DNA of 48,138 nt from positions 1-48,138 of the forward strand of contig JANYHY010000745.1 in assembly GCA_025362165.1 (NCBI GenBank), read 5' to 3'. The notes below the pieces were generated by a model. It saw only the letters and a program-made list of their open reading frames with translations, was not told where the DNA came from and searched no databases. Made by a program: the position numbers and the translations under genes. Source of the DNA: Myxococcales bacterium. GTDB taxonomy: Bacteria; Myxococcota_A; Polyangia; Polyangiales; Polyangiaceae. Below are positions 15,701 through 29,647 of the stretch, piece after piece (the first letter of the stretch is position 1; each line of letters starts with the position of its first letter).

Positions 15701-17023
15701 GTGGAGCGCCAGGCGACCTTCGGCCCCAACTCGAGGCTGCCCGGAACGCCTTACATCTTGGTGCAGAAGATCGGCTCGGGCTCGATGGGCGACGTCTACG
15801 AGGCGTTCCATACGCACCAGCGACAGACCGTTGCGCTCAAGGTGATGGCGACTCGCCACATCGCGCGCGCCGATCTCGCCGACCGCATGAAGAACGAGGC
15901 GGCGACGCTCGGTCGAATCCAGCACAAGAACCTCGTCGCGCTCTACGACACGGGGTTCGCGGACGATGGTCGATTGTATTTCGCGATGGAACTATTGAGG
16001 GGTCATACGTTGCGAACGACGATCGACGCCAACGCGCCGGTGCGACCGGAGCTCGCGGTCGAGCTTTGCACGGAGCTTCTCGCCGGGCTGGAGGCGGCGC
16101 ATGCGGCGGACGTCGTTCACCGCGACATCAAGCCAGAGAATGTCTTCGTGTGCGCGAGCGGAGAGGTGAAGCTGCTCGACTTCGGCGTCGCGAAGGTGGG
16201 CCAGCTCACAGCGTCGCTCACGCAGACGGGATTTCAGCTCGGTACGCCGCGGTACATGTCGCCCGAACAGATCGAAGGCAAGGCCGTGTCCGGTGCGTCC
16301 GATCTCTACGCGGTGGGCCTCGTGTTGTTCGAGTTGCTCACGCGGAGAGTGCCGTTCGAGGATCAAGAGCCCATGGCGCTGGCGTTCGCGCACGCGACTC
16401 GCGCTCCGCCTTCGCCGTCGAGCTTGCGCAAGGTGCCGCTCCCACCGAGGCTCGAGGCTGCGGTGCTACGCGCGTTGGCGAAATCACCAGCGGATCGATT
16501 TCCCTCAGCGCGCGCGTTCGCCGAGGAGCTGGCCGAGTCGCTAAGAGACCGTGTCGCGATCGCCCAGAGCTCGCCGCAGCAGACTGTGCGCATGGAGATC
16601 GTCTCGAGGCCGCCGCCAGAGGTGGTGCTCGAGCTCTCGCGTCCGTTGTCGACTCCACCGCCGCCAAACGCGATGCCTGCAGCGCCGAAGAAGAGCCTGT
16701 TGGCCCTCGTGTTCGCCTGCGGGATTGTTGTCGTCGTCATCGTGGGAGTGGCGGCGATGTTCATGTTCAAGAGCAAGCCACAGCAGGCGCCTTTGTCGGC
16801 GACGAGCGCCCCGCCCACCCACATCTCGATCACGGAGAGCAGCGCAGCGATCGTTGCTCCATCCGCTGTGATCGTTGCTCCATCAACCGTTTCGGTCGCG
16901 CCGTCATCAGCGCCTACGGTGAGCCGGCCCCTGACCGTGACTGCCCGACCGCGCCCCGCTGCAATGCCGAGCGTGAGTCATGCACCAACTGCCACATCAC
17001 GACGACCAAGCTCTGGGCTCTGA
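15701..17023 (+). CDS. Hanks-type Ser/Thr protein kinase, membrane-anchored, with a low-complexity extracytoplasmic tail
   Basis: Motifs are GSGSMGDVYEA, VALKVM, HRDIKPENVF, DFGVAK and SPEQ. The TM is LLALVFACGIVVVVIVGVAAMFMF. The tail carries AIVAPSAVIVAPSTVSVAPS repeats. The GTG at 15701 was chosen to avoid overlapping panC; the track start 15614 is the alternative. Confidence 0.85.
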   Translation: MERQATFGPNSRLPGTPYILVQKIGSGSMGDVYEAFHTHQRQTVALKVMATRHIARADLADRMKNEAATLGRIQHKNLVALYDTGFADDGRLYFAMELLRGHTLRTTIDANAPVRPELAVELCTELLAGLEAAHAADVVHRDIKPENVFVCASGEVKLLDFGVAKVGQLTASLTQTGFQLGTPRYMSPEQIEGKAVSGASDLYAVGLVLFELLTRRVPFEDQEPMALAFAHATRAPPSPSSLRKVPLPPRLEAAVLRALAKSPADRFPSARAFAEELAESLRDRVAIAQSSPQQTVRMEIVSRPPPEVVLELSRPLSTPPPPNAMPAAPKKSLLALVFACGIVVVVIVGVAAMFMFKSKPQQAPLSATSAPPTHISITESSAAIVAPSAVIVAPSTVSVAPSSAPTVSRPLTVTARPRPAAMPSVSHAPTATSRRPSSGL

Positions 17024-17055
17024 TAGGACGTCGAGTTCTGCTAGAACGCGGTCCC

Positions 17056-18057
17056 ATGCGGTTGGGGGTCGTCCTCGGGTTGGTGATGGGCGCGTTCGTG
17101 GCGACGGTCGCCCACGCCGACCCATCGCCGGGTGAGATCCAGGCGGCGCGCGACCTCTTCAGCAAAGCCGAAACAGACGAGGACGCTGGCAACTGGTCCG
17201 CCGCGCTCGACAAGCTGCGTCGTGCGGCGAGCGTGAAGATGACGCCGGGCATCCGCTACCATCTTGGGCTCTGCGAGGAGAAGCTCGGGCAGATCGCGGC
17301 GGCGCTCAATGACTACTCCGGCGCCGAATCCATGGCGCGCCAGCAGAAGAACAAAGAGGTGCTCGACATCGTCGCGGAGCCGATTCGCTCGTTGAAGGGT
17401 CGCGTGCCGACGCTCTTCGTGGAAGCTCCCACGATCGACAGGCTCACGATCGAGATCGACGGGAGACCGTTCCCCACCGGGCTGTGGGGCATCGCGACGC
17501 CGATGGATCCCGGACCTCACCAGCTCGAAGCGCGCGCGCCGAACAAGAGCCCTTTCAGCGCGACCGTCGTGCTCAAAGAGAGGGACGCGAACAAGCTCGC
17601 GATCGTGATGACGGACGCTCCGAAGACCACCATCACGGAGCCACCGCCCAACAAGACTCTGGTCACCACCACGACCCCAGCGGTGACCAACCCGCCCGTG
17701 AACGCGCAACCTGCGCCTGCGCCTTTGGACCAAACACAATCGCGATCGCGCGTGCCAGCGGTCCTGACGACGGTCGGCGCTGTCGCGTTGGGTGGGTTCG
17801 GTCTCGCGGCGTACCTGATCGCGGACAGTCAGGCCGGCGACGCGCAGGCGTTTTGTTCCACGCAGGCGACACCGAGCTGCACCGGCAATCAAGGCTCGAT
17901 TCGAGCTTGGGACAAGATCGCGCTCACCTCGTGGATCGCAGGCGGCGCGCTCTTGGTCACGTCGATCGTACTGTGGGCGCTGCCTTCATACACGATGACG
18001 ACGGCGCGTCTGGAGGTCCGCCCGAACGGCGTGTGGCTCGGCGGGAGCTTTCAATGA
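17056..18057 (+). CDS. Secreted protein with a helical (TPR-like) N-domain, a PEGA-like beta domain and a C-terminal hydrophobic anchor; paralogue of 41170..42258
   Basis: Signal MRLGVVLGLVMGAFVATVAHA. The sequence shows LGLCEEKLG, then LTIEIDGRPFP...PMDPGPHQLEARAP, then two hydrophobic segments. The track ORF 16066..18057 is a read-through of the kinase in another frame; the ATG at 17056 is the sensible start. Confidence 0.7.
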   Translation: MRLGVVLGLVMGAFVATVAHADPSPGEIQAARDLFSKAETDEDAGNWSAALDKLRRAASVKMTPGIRYHLGLCEEKLGQIAAALNDYSGAESMARQQKNKEVLDIVAEPIRSLKGRVPTLFVEAPTIDRLTIEIDGRPFPTGLWGIATPMDPGPHQLEARAPNKSPFSATVVLKERDANKLAIVMTDAPKTTITEPPPNKTLVTTTTPAVTNPPVNAQPAPAPLDQTQSRSRVPAVLTTVGAVALGGFGLAAYLIADSQAGDAQAFCSTQATPSCTGNQGSIRAWDKIALTSWIAGGALLVTSIVLWALPSYTMTTARLEVRPNGVWLGGSFQ

Positions 18058-19151
18058 GGGTCCGCGTAGGGCTCGTTGCTGCCGGCGTCAGCGCCATCGC
18101 TGCTGTCGTCGCGTGCGGAGATCTCTTTCACTCGACGAGCTTCGACACCAAGTGCACCGCTGACGCGTCCGCGACGGGGTGCCCGCAACCGCCGATCACC
18201 GAGCTTTGCACGACAGACAGCGCCGTGGCCCTCGCGCGCGCAGAGCACGCGTGCGCTTGGCTCGCTGCGTGCGAGTCGCCGATGGGCCAGAACCGAACGG
18301 GGCTCTGCATCGCCAACGCGCTCATGGCGTATGACTGCAACGCGAACGTGAACCGCAAGCCGATCGGAGACGCTTATCAATTCTGGCTCGCGCTCGCCAA
18401 CGCCAACGACTGCGCTGGCATCTCCGCAGCGGTCGCGCCCGCAGGTGCTTCGCCCTGCAAGCCAATCCCGAACACGACTCCGAGCCCGTACACCGGTTGC
18501 GGAAGCGCTGCATTCAACCCTCGATCGCGCGTCCAGTGCCCTGCCGTCGATGGCACTCCAGGGCTCTATGAGAACTGCGTGGCTTATGGCAAATCGTGCG
18601 CTTCCTCCTCGACCAACGATCTGTCGCAGTGCCTCGGATCCGAAGCGCGCGCGTGCACGACCACCCGATGCTCGGGCCAAAAACTGATCAACTGCGACAA
18701 CGACGCGGGCTTCGATCACGGCATGGACTGCGCTCAGTTCGGTGACGGGACGTGCATCGCGACGGGCGCATCTCCATCGTGCAAGCCTTCGAGCACGAAG
18801 GTCCGCGCCGCGAGCAACGACGTCGCGTGCGACTCCAACGACGTCGCCATCGGCTCGGTGACCGGCTTCGAAGAGCGTGTAAACTGCAAGGTCTTCACCG
18901 GCGTCGTCGATGGCGGAGCCTACCCGTCCCCTGCTTGCTCGCCGATCGACGGTGGTGGTGTAGGAATCACACCAAGGGACGCTTGCCAGGGCAAGCTCGG
19001 GTGCACCGAAGACACCTGCGACAAGACCTTCTTGCGCGCCTGCGTGCAGGGCAACGAGATCAGGTTCGACTGCAAAGACGTAGGTCTCAGCGGCTGCAAC
19101 CCGAGCAGCAAGACCCAAGAGGACGGCGCACACGCCGCCTGCCAGCTTTGA
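18054..19151 (+). CDS. Cys-rich lipoprotein (about 30 Cys)
   Basis: MRVRVGLVAAGVSAIAAVVACGD contains the lipobox VACG. There is an ATGA overlap with the upstream stop. Cys residues are spaced every 8-15 residues. Confidence 0.7.
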   Translation: MRVRVGLVAAGVSAIAAVVACGDLFHSTSFDTKCTADASATGCPQPPITELCTTDSAVALARAEHACAWLAACESPMGQNRTGLCIANALMAYDCNANVNRKPIGDAYQFWLALANANDCAGISAAVAPAGASPCKPIPNTTPSPYTGCGSAAFNPRSRVQCPAVDGTPGLYENCVAYGKSCASSSTNDLSQCLGSEARACTTTRCSGQKLINCDNDAGFDHGMDCAQFGDGTCIATGASPSCKPSSTKVRAASNDVACDSNDVAIGSVTGFEERVNCKVFTGVVDGGAYPSPACSPIDGGGVGITPRDACQGKLGCTEDTCDKTFLRACVQGNEIRFDCKDVGLSGCNPSSKTQEDGAHAACQL

Positions 19152-19160
19152 GTTTGAGCT

Positions 19161-20243
19161 TCAGCGGTTGAGCGCGGCTTCGAGCTGCGCTCGTGCGAGA
19201 GCGTCGGCGGCGTTGGCTTGTTCCATGTCGTCGCCGAGCGCCTTCTTCGGCGCCGGAGTCGGAGCGGCGGCGGGCTTGGGAGCAGGCTTCGCGACGACCG
19301 CGACGACCACATCCGACTTCACCGCGGGAGCAGGCGCCGGTCGTGCGACGCGAGCGACCGCTACTCTCGGCGTGGGCTTGATCTCCGGCTTCTCGACGGC
19401 CGGAGCAGGGGTCCACGCGGCGACTGCTGTCGCCTTCGCGGTCGGGTTGGGCGGAGGCGCGACGGGATCGACTCCGCACGCGGGCGTCGAAGGCGTGCCG
19501 AGGGCGTCTGCGATCGCGGCCGGGATCTGCTGCTGCACGATGGGAGCTTGGACGGCCGCGGCGTTGTTCGCGGCGACATCTTGGCGAGCAGGCGCTGCAC
19601 CTTGGACAGCCGCTGCAGACGGAGCGAGCTCGTTACGCGTGACGATGGAGGTCAACAATCCACCGAACAAGCCCATCCCGAGGAGCGCCATCGCCCAAAC
19701 TGCGGTCGGACGCCCTCCGGGATTGCGAACGAGCACGGTCGACGAAGCATCCGCCGCGGTCATCGCCATGGCAGGCACGCTCTCGGACGCGCGCGCCGAG
19801 GAGACTCCAACGTCGTTCAACGGCTTGCCGCAGACCTTCGAGGGCTCGAGCTGCGACGCGAGCTCCTCGCGCATCATCGAGTTGATGCTCATTCGGGGCG
19901 CCGGAGCTGCCTTCATCGTCAAGAGCGAACGCCGGCTCCCCGGACGCACCATCGTGACCTCGTCAGTCATCGAGAAGCTCGGACCGAACTGCGGAAGCGC
20001 TCCCAGCGGCGGCATCCGGACGGACGGAACGCGCACCTCGACACGAGCCGGCGGAGCGGAGCTTCGACGCTTCTCCGGCATCAACATCGTGCGCTCATCG
20101 TCTTTCGCGAACTTGATCGCGGGGCGCATGGTCATGCGTGGGCTCGGAGGCGACACCTTGGGCAGCTCGACCGCCTCGATGTCCGCCGTGTCGATTTCCG
20201 TGACGCTGTTGCTGCGGATCCGCTTGTGAAAGGGGAGCATCAT
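19161..20243 (-). CDS. Hypothetical single-TM protein with an Ala/Pro-rich C-terminal region
   Basis: The start is MMLPFHKR at 20243. The TM is AVWAMALLGMGLFGGLLTSIV. The C-terminus is APAPAVKSDVVVAVVAKPAPKPAAAPTPAPKK. Start choice is uncertain (the track gives 20372). Confidence 0.55.
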   Translation of the reverse strand: MMLPFHKRIRSNSVTEIDTADIEAVELPKVSPPSPRMTMRPAIKFAKDDERTMLMPEKRRSSAPPARVEVRVPSVRMPPLGALPQFGPSFSMTDEVTMVRPGSRRSLLTMKAAPAPRMSINSMMREELASQLEPSKVCGKPLNDVGVSSARASESVPAMAMTAADASSTVLVRNPGGRPTAVWAMALLGMGLFGGLLTSIVTRNELAPSAAAVQGAAPARQDVAANNAAAVQAPIVQQQIPAAIADALGTPSTPACGVDPVAPPPNPTAKATAVAAWTPAPAVEKPEIKPTPRVAVARVARPAPAPAVKSDVVVAVVAKPAPKPAAAPTPAPKKALGDDMEQANAADALARAQLEAALNR

Positions 20244-20455
20244 TGACCTCGCGAAGGGCTGATGCACGGCCCGCGCCAACGGCCGAGTCGCCAGTTCTGT
20301 TGAGAAGTCCGAGGTTTTGGCCCAGGACCGGCCCAACTTGTTCCGAAGCTGGGGGTCCGATGATCCACACAACGACGGAGAACAAACGACCCCTCGTTGC
20401 GTACAAAGAAGAGCATGGGACTAAGCTCCGATCGTTTACCGTTGAGGCAACAGGC

Positions 20456-22453
<1,998 letters not shown>

Positions 22454-22485
22454 CGACTTCCGAAGTACGACGCGACGAGGAAACG

Positions 22486-23526
22486 ATGACGCAAGAACAG
22501 AACTACGAGACCATGCTCAAGCAGTCGGCCGACTCCATCGCCACGTTGCGCGAGGCGATCGGTCATGTCGTGGTCGGACAAAACGCGGTGGTCGATCAGG
22601 TGATGTGGGGGCTCGTGTCGGGCGGACACGTGCTGCTCGAGGGAGCGCCAGGTCTCGGCAAGACGCTGCTCGTGCGCACGCTCTCGCAGTGCCTCGATCT
22701 CAAATTCTCGCGCATCCAGTTCACGCCAGACTTGATGCCGAGCGACGTGATCGGAACGAACGTGCTCGTGATGGATCCTGCTCAGCGTCAAGCGGGCAGT
22801 ATGTTCGCTGTTCAAAAAGGCCCTATTTTTGGGCAGATCGTCCTCGCTGACGAGATCAACCGCGCGACGCCGAAGACGCAGAGCGCGCTGCTGGAGGCGA
22901 TGGCCGAGCACGCCGTCACGATCGCTGGGACACGTCACGTGTTGGACCAGCCGTTCTTCGTCCTCGCGACCGAGAACCCGATCGAGCAGGAGGGGACGTA
23001 CCCGCTGCCCGAGGCGCAGCTCGATCGTTTCTTGTTGAAGGTGCTCGTCCCCAACCCGAGCGAAGACGAGCTCTGCCAAGTGCTCACGCGCACCACGGGC
23101 CGTGAAGGCACCGCGCCTCCGAAGGTGATGGGCCGTGAAGGCGTGATGCAGCTGCGCGCGATGTGTCGCGACGTGCAGATCGCAGAGCCGATCGTGCGGT
23201 ATGCCGCCCGCTTGATCGGCGCGAGCGATCCGGCCGGGACGAGCGCGCCCGATCTCGTGAAGCGCTCGCTGCGTTTTGGCGCAGGAGTGCGCGGCGCTCA
23301 GTCGCTCGTGCTCGGAGCGAAGGCGGTCGCCCTATGCGAGGGTCGCGCGAACGTCTCGTTCAACGACATCGCGAAGGTCGCCAAGCCCGCGCTGCGGCAT
23401 CGCTTGATTCGCTCGTTCGAGGGTGAAGCAGACGGAGTGACGACGGACGCGGTCGTCGATGCGCTCCTCACCGCCGTGCCCACGCGGCCTGCCAACGTCG
23501 ACGCGGAGCGAAGGGCGAACGCATGA
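22486..23526 (+). CDS. MoxR-family AAA+ ATPase (AAA_3)
   Basis: Walker A is LLEGAPGLGKT and Walker B is VLADEINRATPKTQSALLEAM. The motif FFVLATENPIEQEGTYPLPEAQLDRF is also present. The ATG at 22486 has SD GAGGA. The alternative GTG at 22450 overlaps the upstream stop (GTGA). Confidence 0.9.
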   Translation: MTQEQNYETMLKQSADSIATLREAIGHVVVGQNAVVDQVMWGLVSGGHVLLEGAPGLGKTLLVRTLSQCLDLKFSRIQFTPDLMPSDVIGTNVLVMDPAQRQAGSMFAVQKGPIFGQIVLADEINRATPKTQSALLEAMAEHAVTIAGTRHVLDQPFFVLATENPIEQEGTYPLPEAQLDRFLLKVLVPNPSEDELCQVLTRTTGREGTAPPKVMGREGVMQLRAMCRDVQIAEPIVRYAARLIGASDPAGTSAPDLVKRSLRFGAGVRGAQSLVLGAKAVALCEGRANVSFNDIAKVAKPALRHRLIRSFEGEADGVTTDAVVDALLTAVPTRPANVDAERRANA

Positions 23527-25756
23527 GCAAGCGGCTCGCCTTCGCGGCTCTCTTCGCCGCCAGCCTAGTGAGCGCGCTCGTCACGGACGCAAGCGCAAAT
23601 CCTCCGACGGCTGCGGCACCCACACTAGCGATGACGGCGGCGCCGATCTTCGGAAATGACGCCGCGCTTGGCTACGGTTGGGAAGAGATCGTCGTCACCC
23701 TCGCGAACTCCGGAGCGGCACCCAAGAAGGGCACGCTCGATCTCACGGCGACGCTCCCGTATGCCCAGAACGAGACCTTCATCACGCGCGCGCCGTTCAA
23801 CGTGCCAGCAGGCAAGACCGCGATCGTGCGGGTTCCGACGCACGGCTTCTACTATCAAGCGCCGTCCTTCATGCTCAGCGCCAAAGACGAGAAGGGCGTC
23901 GAGATCACTGGCGCGTCCGTGACGACCAACATGTCGATCGCGCCGACGCTGATCGACATCGATCAAACTCCTCGCCTCGGGATGGTCATTCGCGGACGCT
24001 CTGTCTCGACGAGCTACTCGACCTCGAGCAGCGGCTACTATGGATACGGTAGTCCTCCGACCTCCCCGGTGCTGTCGGTCGGCGCGCCGACGTTCGACGG
24101 CACGACAGGCGACCCCGTACTGCCGCAAGTGGCTGCGTCGTACTCGGGAGTGACGGTCGCGATCATCCACTCTGATCTGCTCGCGAAGCTCCCTCCCGAG
24201 GAGCTCGACGCTCTACGCGATTGGGTATCCGGCGGAGGTACGCTCGCGGTCGTCCCCAATCGACCGGAGGATTTGCGCGCTGGCAATCTGGTGACGATGA
24301 CGGGTGGACCCATCGTGCAGGGCGACGTGACCGCCGCCATCCTCGCGCTCCCCGCATTTCCGCGCGCTGGCTCTCCAGGCGCTTGGCCCGGCGGTGGCTT
24401 TGGCACCACGCCAACTTATACGCCGCCTCCTCCGCCCATCCTCGACAACGATCCGCTCGACTATCACCCGAACCTCGATCTCGAATCTCCCTACCAACAC
24501 ATCAGCACGAGCGCCGCGCCGCCCGCTCCCACGGCTCCATCGGGGGGTGCGATGACGGCGCTCGTGAAGGCGAAGCTCGTCGGGTTCACTGGCGGTAACT
24601 TGGTGGCGAGCGACTACGGCGCGACTGCGTCGTTCGGCACGGGACAGGTTCACGTGCTCGCGTTCGATCCGACGGTTGCTCCCGGCACTGACGATGGGTG
24701 GGTGCTCGCGCGAGTGATCGACATGGTGCAAGCGGCGTGGGATCGGCAAGCCCCTCGCGCGTTCCCGACTGGCAGCGGTGATCGCCGTTACCTGTACAGC
24801 AGCAACAAGGAGGAGGTGCGTCGCGCGCTCGATCCGAACGAAAACTTCAGGCCCGCGCTTGGCTTCGCCGCGGTGCTGTTGGTGATCTACTCCATCGTCG
24901 TCGGACCGGTGACGTTCCTCCGTGCGCAGCGCAAGGGCAAGCCGCTGTCGCCGCTGAAATGGGCTCCGTTGTGGAGCGCGGCGGCGTTCGCGTCGATCGT
25001 CGTCGTGGGTCTCGCGGTGAAGGGATTGAGAGGCAGAGCGAGGCGCGTCTCACTCACGGAGATCGGTAGCGGCATGACGCGCGGATCGATCACGCGCTTC
25101 CGCGGCTTCTACACGAGCGAGACGAAGGCGCTGAGCGTCGCCGCGACCGATCGCTCGAACGTGCTCGACGTCATGAGCTCCGACAGCGTGATGGGAGCAG
25201 ACGCCGTGATGCGGCTCGATCGCGGCGGCTCCGTGCTGGAGAACATCACCTCACTGCCGTGGCAGACGCTCGTCGTTCGCGAGGACGGCTTCCGCGATCT
25301 CAAGGGCTCCGTCATCATCGGCGGCACGAGCGCCGCGATGACCGCGCAGAACCACACGGGCCAGACGATCAAGGATGTCCTGTTCTACGTCCCTGGCGAC
25401 GGCATCCGCTACTTCCCCGAGATGAAGGACGGCGAGACGCTCACCGCTTCCGCGGGCAAGCTCGTGCAGAGCGCGTACTCACGCCGCTCCGCGAGCGCGG
25501 GCACGATGACGATCCACGTGCTCGGAGAGAGCGAGCTCGCCTCCTCGAGCGCGATCGCCAAGAAGGACGGCGACCGCATCGAGAAGACGTGGAAGCCCAT
25601 CTCGTCCGCCGCAGGCGAGCAGGTCGATTGGTGGCCGGACGATCAGCCCGTGCTCATGGGTGAGTTGGATGGCGGCGAGGGCGTCAAGACCGACTCGAAC
25701 CTCCGCTTGGAGACGGACCACGCGTTGCTGCGCGTCGTCGGCCTCGGAGGTGCGCC

Positions 25757-25760
<4 letters not shown>
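23523..25760 (+). CDS. Secreted protein with two central TM helices; an N-terminal beta-sandwich-like region plus a GATase/DUF4350-like segment (BatD/GldG-like by architecture only)
   Basis: Signal MSKRLAFAALFAASLVSALVTDASA. The sequence shows GWEEIVVTLANSG...GKTAIVRVP, then VTVAIIHSDLL...LRDWVSGGGTLAVVP. The TMs are ALGFAAVLLVIYSIVVGPVTFL and LWSAAAFASIVVVGLAV. There is an ATGA overlap with moxR. Confidence 0.7.
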
Positions 25761-26922
<1,162 letters not shown>

Positions 26923-26926
<4 letters not shown>

Positions 26927-28779
26927 TGACCGCCGTCGCCAGCCAGCAGCCCCAGCCCGCCGCGCCGCCATCCATGCGCGAACCGAAGCGAGGGTTCTTC
27001 TCGCGCTTCTCCGACCCCAACGCGATCTGGATGCGCGAGATGCGCCAGAGCGCGCGCCTCGGACGCACGCCGTGGATCCTCTTCTCGCTCTCGCTCACGA
27101 TCTCGCTCTTGATGTGCTCGATCGGCGGCGTGGCGTCAGCGGAGAACACGAGCCCTGCGTCGCTCGGATCCGGCATGTTTCAGGGCTTCTTCTCGATCGC
27201 GTATTTGGTCGTGATCATCGTCGGCCCTGCGATCGCCGCCAACAGCATCGCGTCCGAGCGAGAGGGCAAGACGTGGGAGGCGATCCAGCTCACGGGCTTG
27301 CACGCGAAGGACATCGCGCGCGGCAAGTTCATGGCGGCGTATACCTCAATCGCGCTCTACATCGTGGTGCTCGCGCCGGTGGGCGCCCTGCCCTTCTTGT
27401 TCGGTGGAGTCACGGCGCTCGAGGTCGTCGTCGCGTTCGCGTTCTTGTTCGTCGTCGCCGCGCTCGCGGTCGCGTTTGGGCTCGCGCTCTCTTCGTTGAT
27501 GGCGAGCCTGCGCGGCGCCATCGTGGTCACGCTGATCCTCGCGATCGTCGTAGGCCCCGCGCTCTACGGATGGTTCGGCGTCGGCGCGTCGATCGTCGTG
27601 CACAAGCAGTGGGGCGACGTCCCAGAGGGCATGCCCATCTGGTTGCCCCTCGCGTACACGCGCGCGCCGTTCGGCCTCGAGTACGTGCTCGTGCTCTTCG
27701 TGATCCCTCTCCTCATGATGCTCGTGCCCGCGTGGTTCCTCTACGAGATCACGACGAGCAACCTCACGGGCGAGACCGACGACCGGGCGACCGGGCTCAA
27801 GCGCTGGTTCGCCCTCTGCACGCCGCTCATCTGCGGTGCATGCGCGATCGGACCCGTTCTCGCTCAAGAGGACGACGAACGCGTCGGGTGGTCGATCGCT
27901 GGCATCTCCGCGTTCTCTTTCTACGCCGCGTTCTGTGCGCTGTTGTTCGCGTTCGACACAGCAGGCCCGTCGCGTCGCGTGGAGGTTCACTGGGTGCGTG
28001 AGAAGGCAGGACTGCTTCGGCGCTTCTTCGGCCCAGGCCTCGCGAAGACCTCCACGCTCGTGGCGATCTTCGGCTTCTTCGGGCTGGTTGCCATCACTGC
28101 GTTTTGCATGGCCGCGATCGCGCTCGCGCCGTTGCCGCCACCGCTCGGCTATCCAGGGTCCACGCGCGGCGATCACCTCGCGCAGGTGTTCGTGTACGGC
28201 GCGTACGCTTCGATGTTCTTCGTGTTCACGACCGGTCTGGTGAGCTGGCTGCGCTCCCGTGGCTCCACGCCGTGGGTCGCGCGACTGATCACGCTCGCCG
28301 TCATCTTCTTGATCAGCGCGGGGCCATGGGTCATCGTCGCGATCGGCGGCTTCGTGACCAATCACGACGACGATTGGTTGCTGATGGGCGCGCCGAGCCC
28401 TTTTTACAGCGGGTTGATGGTGAGCTGGCTAGACAAGGTCTCACCAGAGGCAGCGCCCGTGATTCCCGCAGGCCTGGCGTGCGCGCTCCTGTGGGGTGTG
28501 ATCGGGCTTGGCCTCATCGCTGCCACGGCGGGGCGTTGCTCGCGCCTCGTCGCCGAGCAACGAGGGATGGTCGCGCAGACCGAGGCCGCGCTGAAAGCAG
28601 AGGACGATGCGGAGCGCGCGGCGGCCATCGCACACGCGCAAGCCGAGCAAGCCGCAGCAGAAGCGGCGGCTGCAGCGCCCATCGTCGCGGCAGACCCGCC
28701 TCCGGAGACCCTCGTCCCCAAGACGGAAGCTGAACCACCACCGCCGCCGCCAACTGGCGAAGGACCGCCCGCCGTCTGA
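26923..28779 (+). CDS. Large polytopic membrane protein, ABC-2-type permease-like (618 aa)
   Basis: At least 10 hydrophobic segments are present. The loop ANSIASEREGKTWEAIQLTGL is typical of ABC-2 permeases. The tail is Ala/Glu-rich then Pro-rich. The start overlaps the ATPase stop (GTGATGA). Confidence 0.75.
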
Positions 28780-28780
28780 A

Positions 28781-29647
28781 ATGCTACTCGACGCCTCCTT
28801 CGCTCGCGAGCTGGAAGCCCTGCGACGCCGCATGGAAGTGCGCGCGCGTTCTGGCTCTGGCGGAGATCACCTCGCGCGCAAGCGTGGCGGCAACGCAGAG
28901 TTCCAAGAGCATAGACCGTACTATCCTGGAGACGATCTTCGACGCATCGATTGGCTCGCGTTCGCCCGCACCGGCGAGCCGATGTTCAAGCTCTTTCGCT
29001 CGGAGGAGGACGTCGTCGTGCGACTCGTCGTCGACGCCAGCCTCTCGCTCGAGATGGGCGAACCGAAGAAGCTCGACGTCGCCAAGAAGCTCGCCGCAGC
29101 GATCGGTTACATGGCGCTCGCTGGCTCCGAGCGAACGCAAGTGCTCGCCGCAGGCAACGGATTGAGCCGCGTCTCCGAGCCGACTCGAGGGCGCGCCACA
29201 CTGCCCAAGCTCTTGCGCGAGCTCGATCGCATCACGGCCGATGGCGGCACTGATCTCGCGCGCGCGATCGAGCAGACCGTGATGCGCTCTCCTCGGCCGG
29301 GCATGCTCGTCATCCTCTCGGACTTCATGGACTCTGGTCCGTTCGACGCTGCCGTCAGCCGCGCGGCCGCTGCGGGTCATGACGTCGCGATGGTGCAGGT
29401 GCTCGCGCGCGAAGAGATCGAGCCGCGCTACGATGGCGACTTCGCGCTCGAAGACGCAGAAACTGGGGCGATCGTCGAAGTCACGATGGACGCGGCCGCC
29501 ATCGAAGCGTACCTCGCGCGTCTCAACAAACTGCTCCTCGGCCTTCGCGCGATCGCCAAGCGCAGCCGCGCGACGTACGTGCGCGTCCCCAACGACGAGC
29601 CGATCCTCTCTGCGATCCGCCGCTTCGTCGCCAGGCAGGTGGACTGA
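28781..29647 (+). CDS. DUF58 protein (VWA-like partner of MoxR)
   Basis: GGNAEFQEHRPYYPGDDLRRIDW is the hallmark DUF58 motif, followed by VVDASLSLEM. The ATG lies 1 nt after the upstream stop. Confidence 0.85.
   Translation: MLLDASFARELEALRRRMEVRARSGSGGDHLARKRGGNAEFQEHRPYYPGDDLRRIDWLAFARTGEPMFKLFRSEEDVVVRLVVDASLSLEMGEPKKLDVAKKLAAAIGYMALAGSERTQVLAAGNGLSRVSEPTRGRATLPKLLRELDRITADGGTDLARAIEQTVMRSPRPGMLVILSDFMDSGPFDAAVSRAAAAGHDVAMVQVLAREEIEPRYDGDFALEDAETGAIVEVTMDAAAIEAYLARLNKLLLGLRAIAKRSRATYVRVPNDEPILSAIRRFVARQVD

Noticed and set aside
16066-18057. 663-aa plus-strand ORF spanning the kinase and the next gene
   Set aside because: Its first 330 aa or so are an Arg-rich alternative frame of the kinase gene. 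Only the part from the ATG at 17056 (signal peptide onward) looks real.
18051-19133. 360-aa minus-strand ORF
   Set aside because: It is antisense to the Cys-rich lipoprotein gene, which has a lipobox and ATGA coupling to its upstream gene. The product is Arg/Ala-rich.
19168-20246. Two plus-strand ORFs of about 350 aa each
   Set aside because: They overlap the 19161..20243 minus gene in other frames. The Ala/Gly/Arg-rich composition and lack of a start context favour the minus-strand gene, though that call is itself only moderate.
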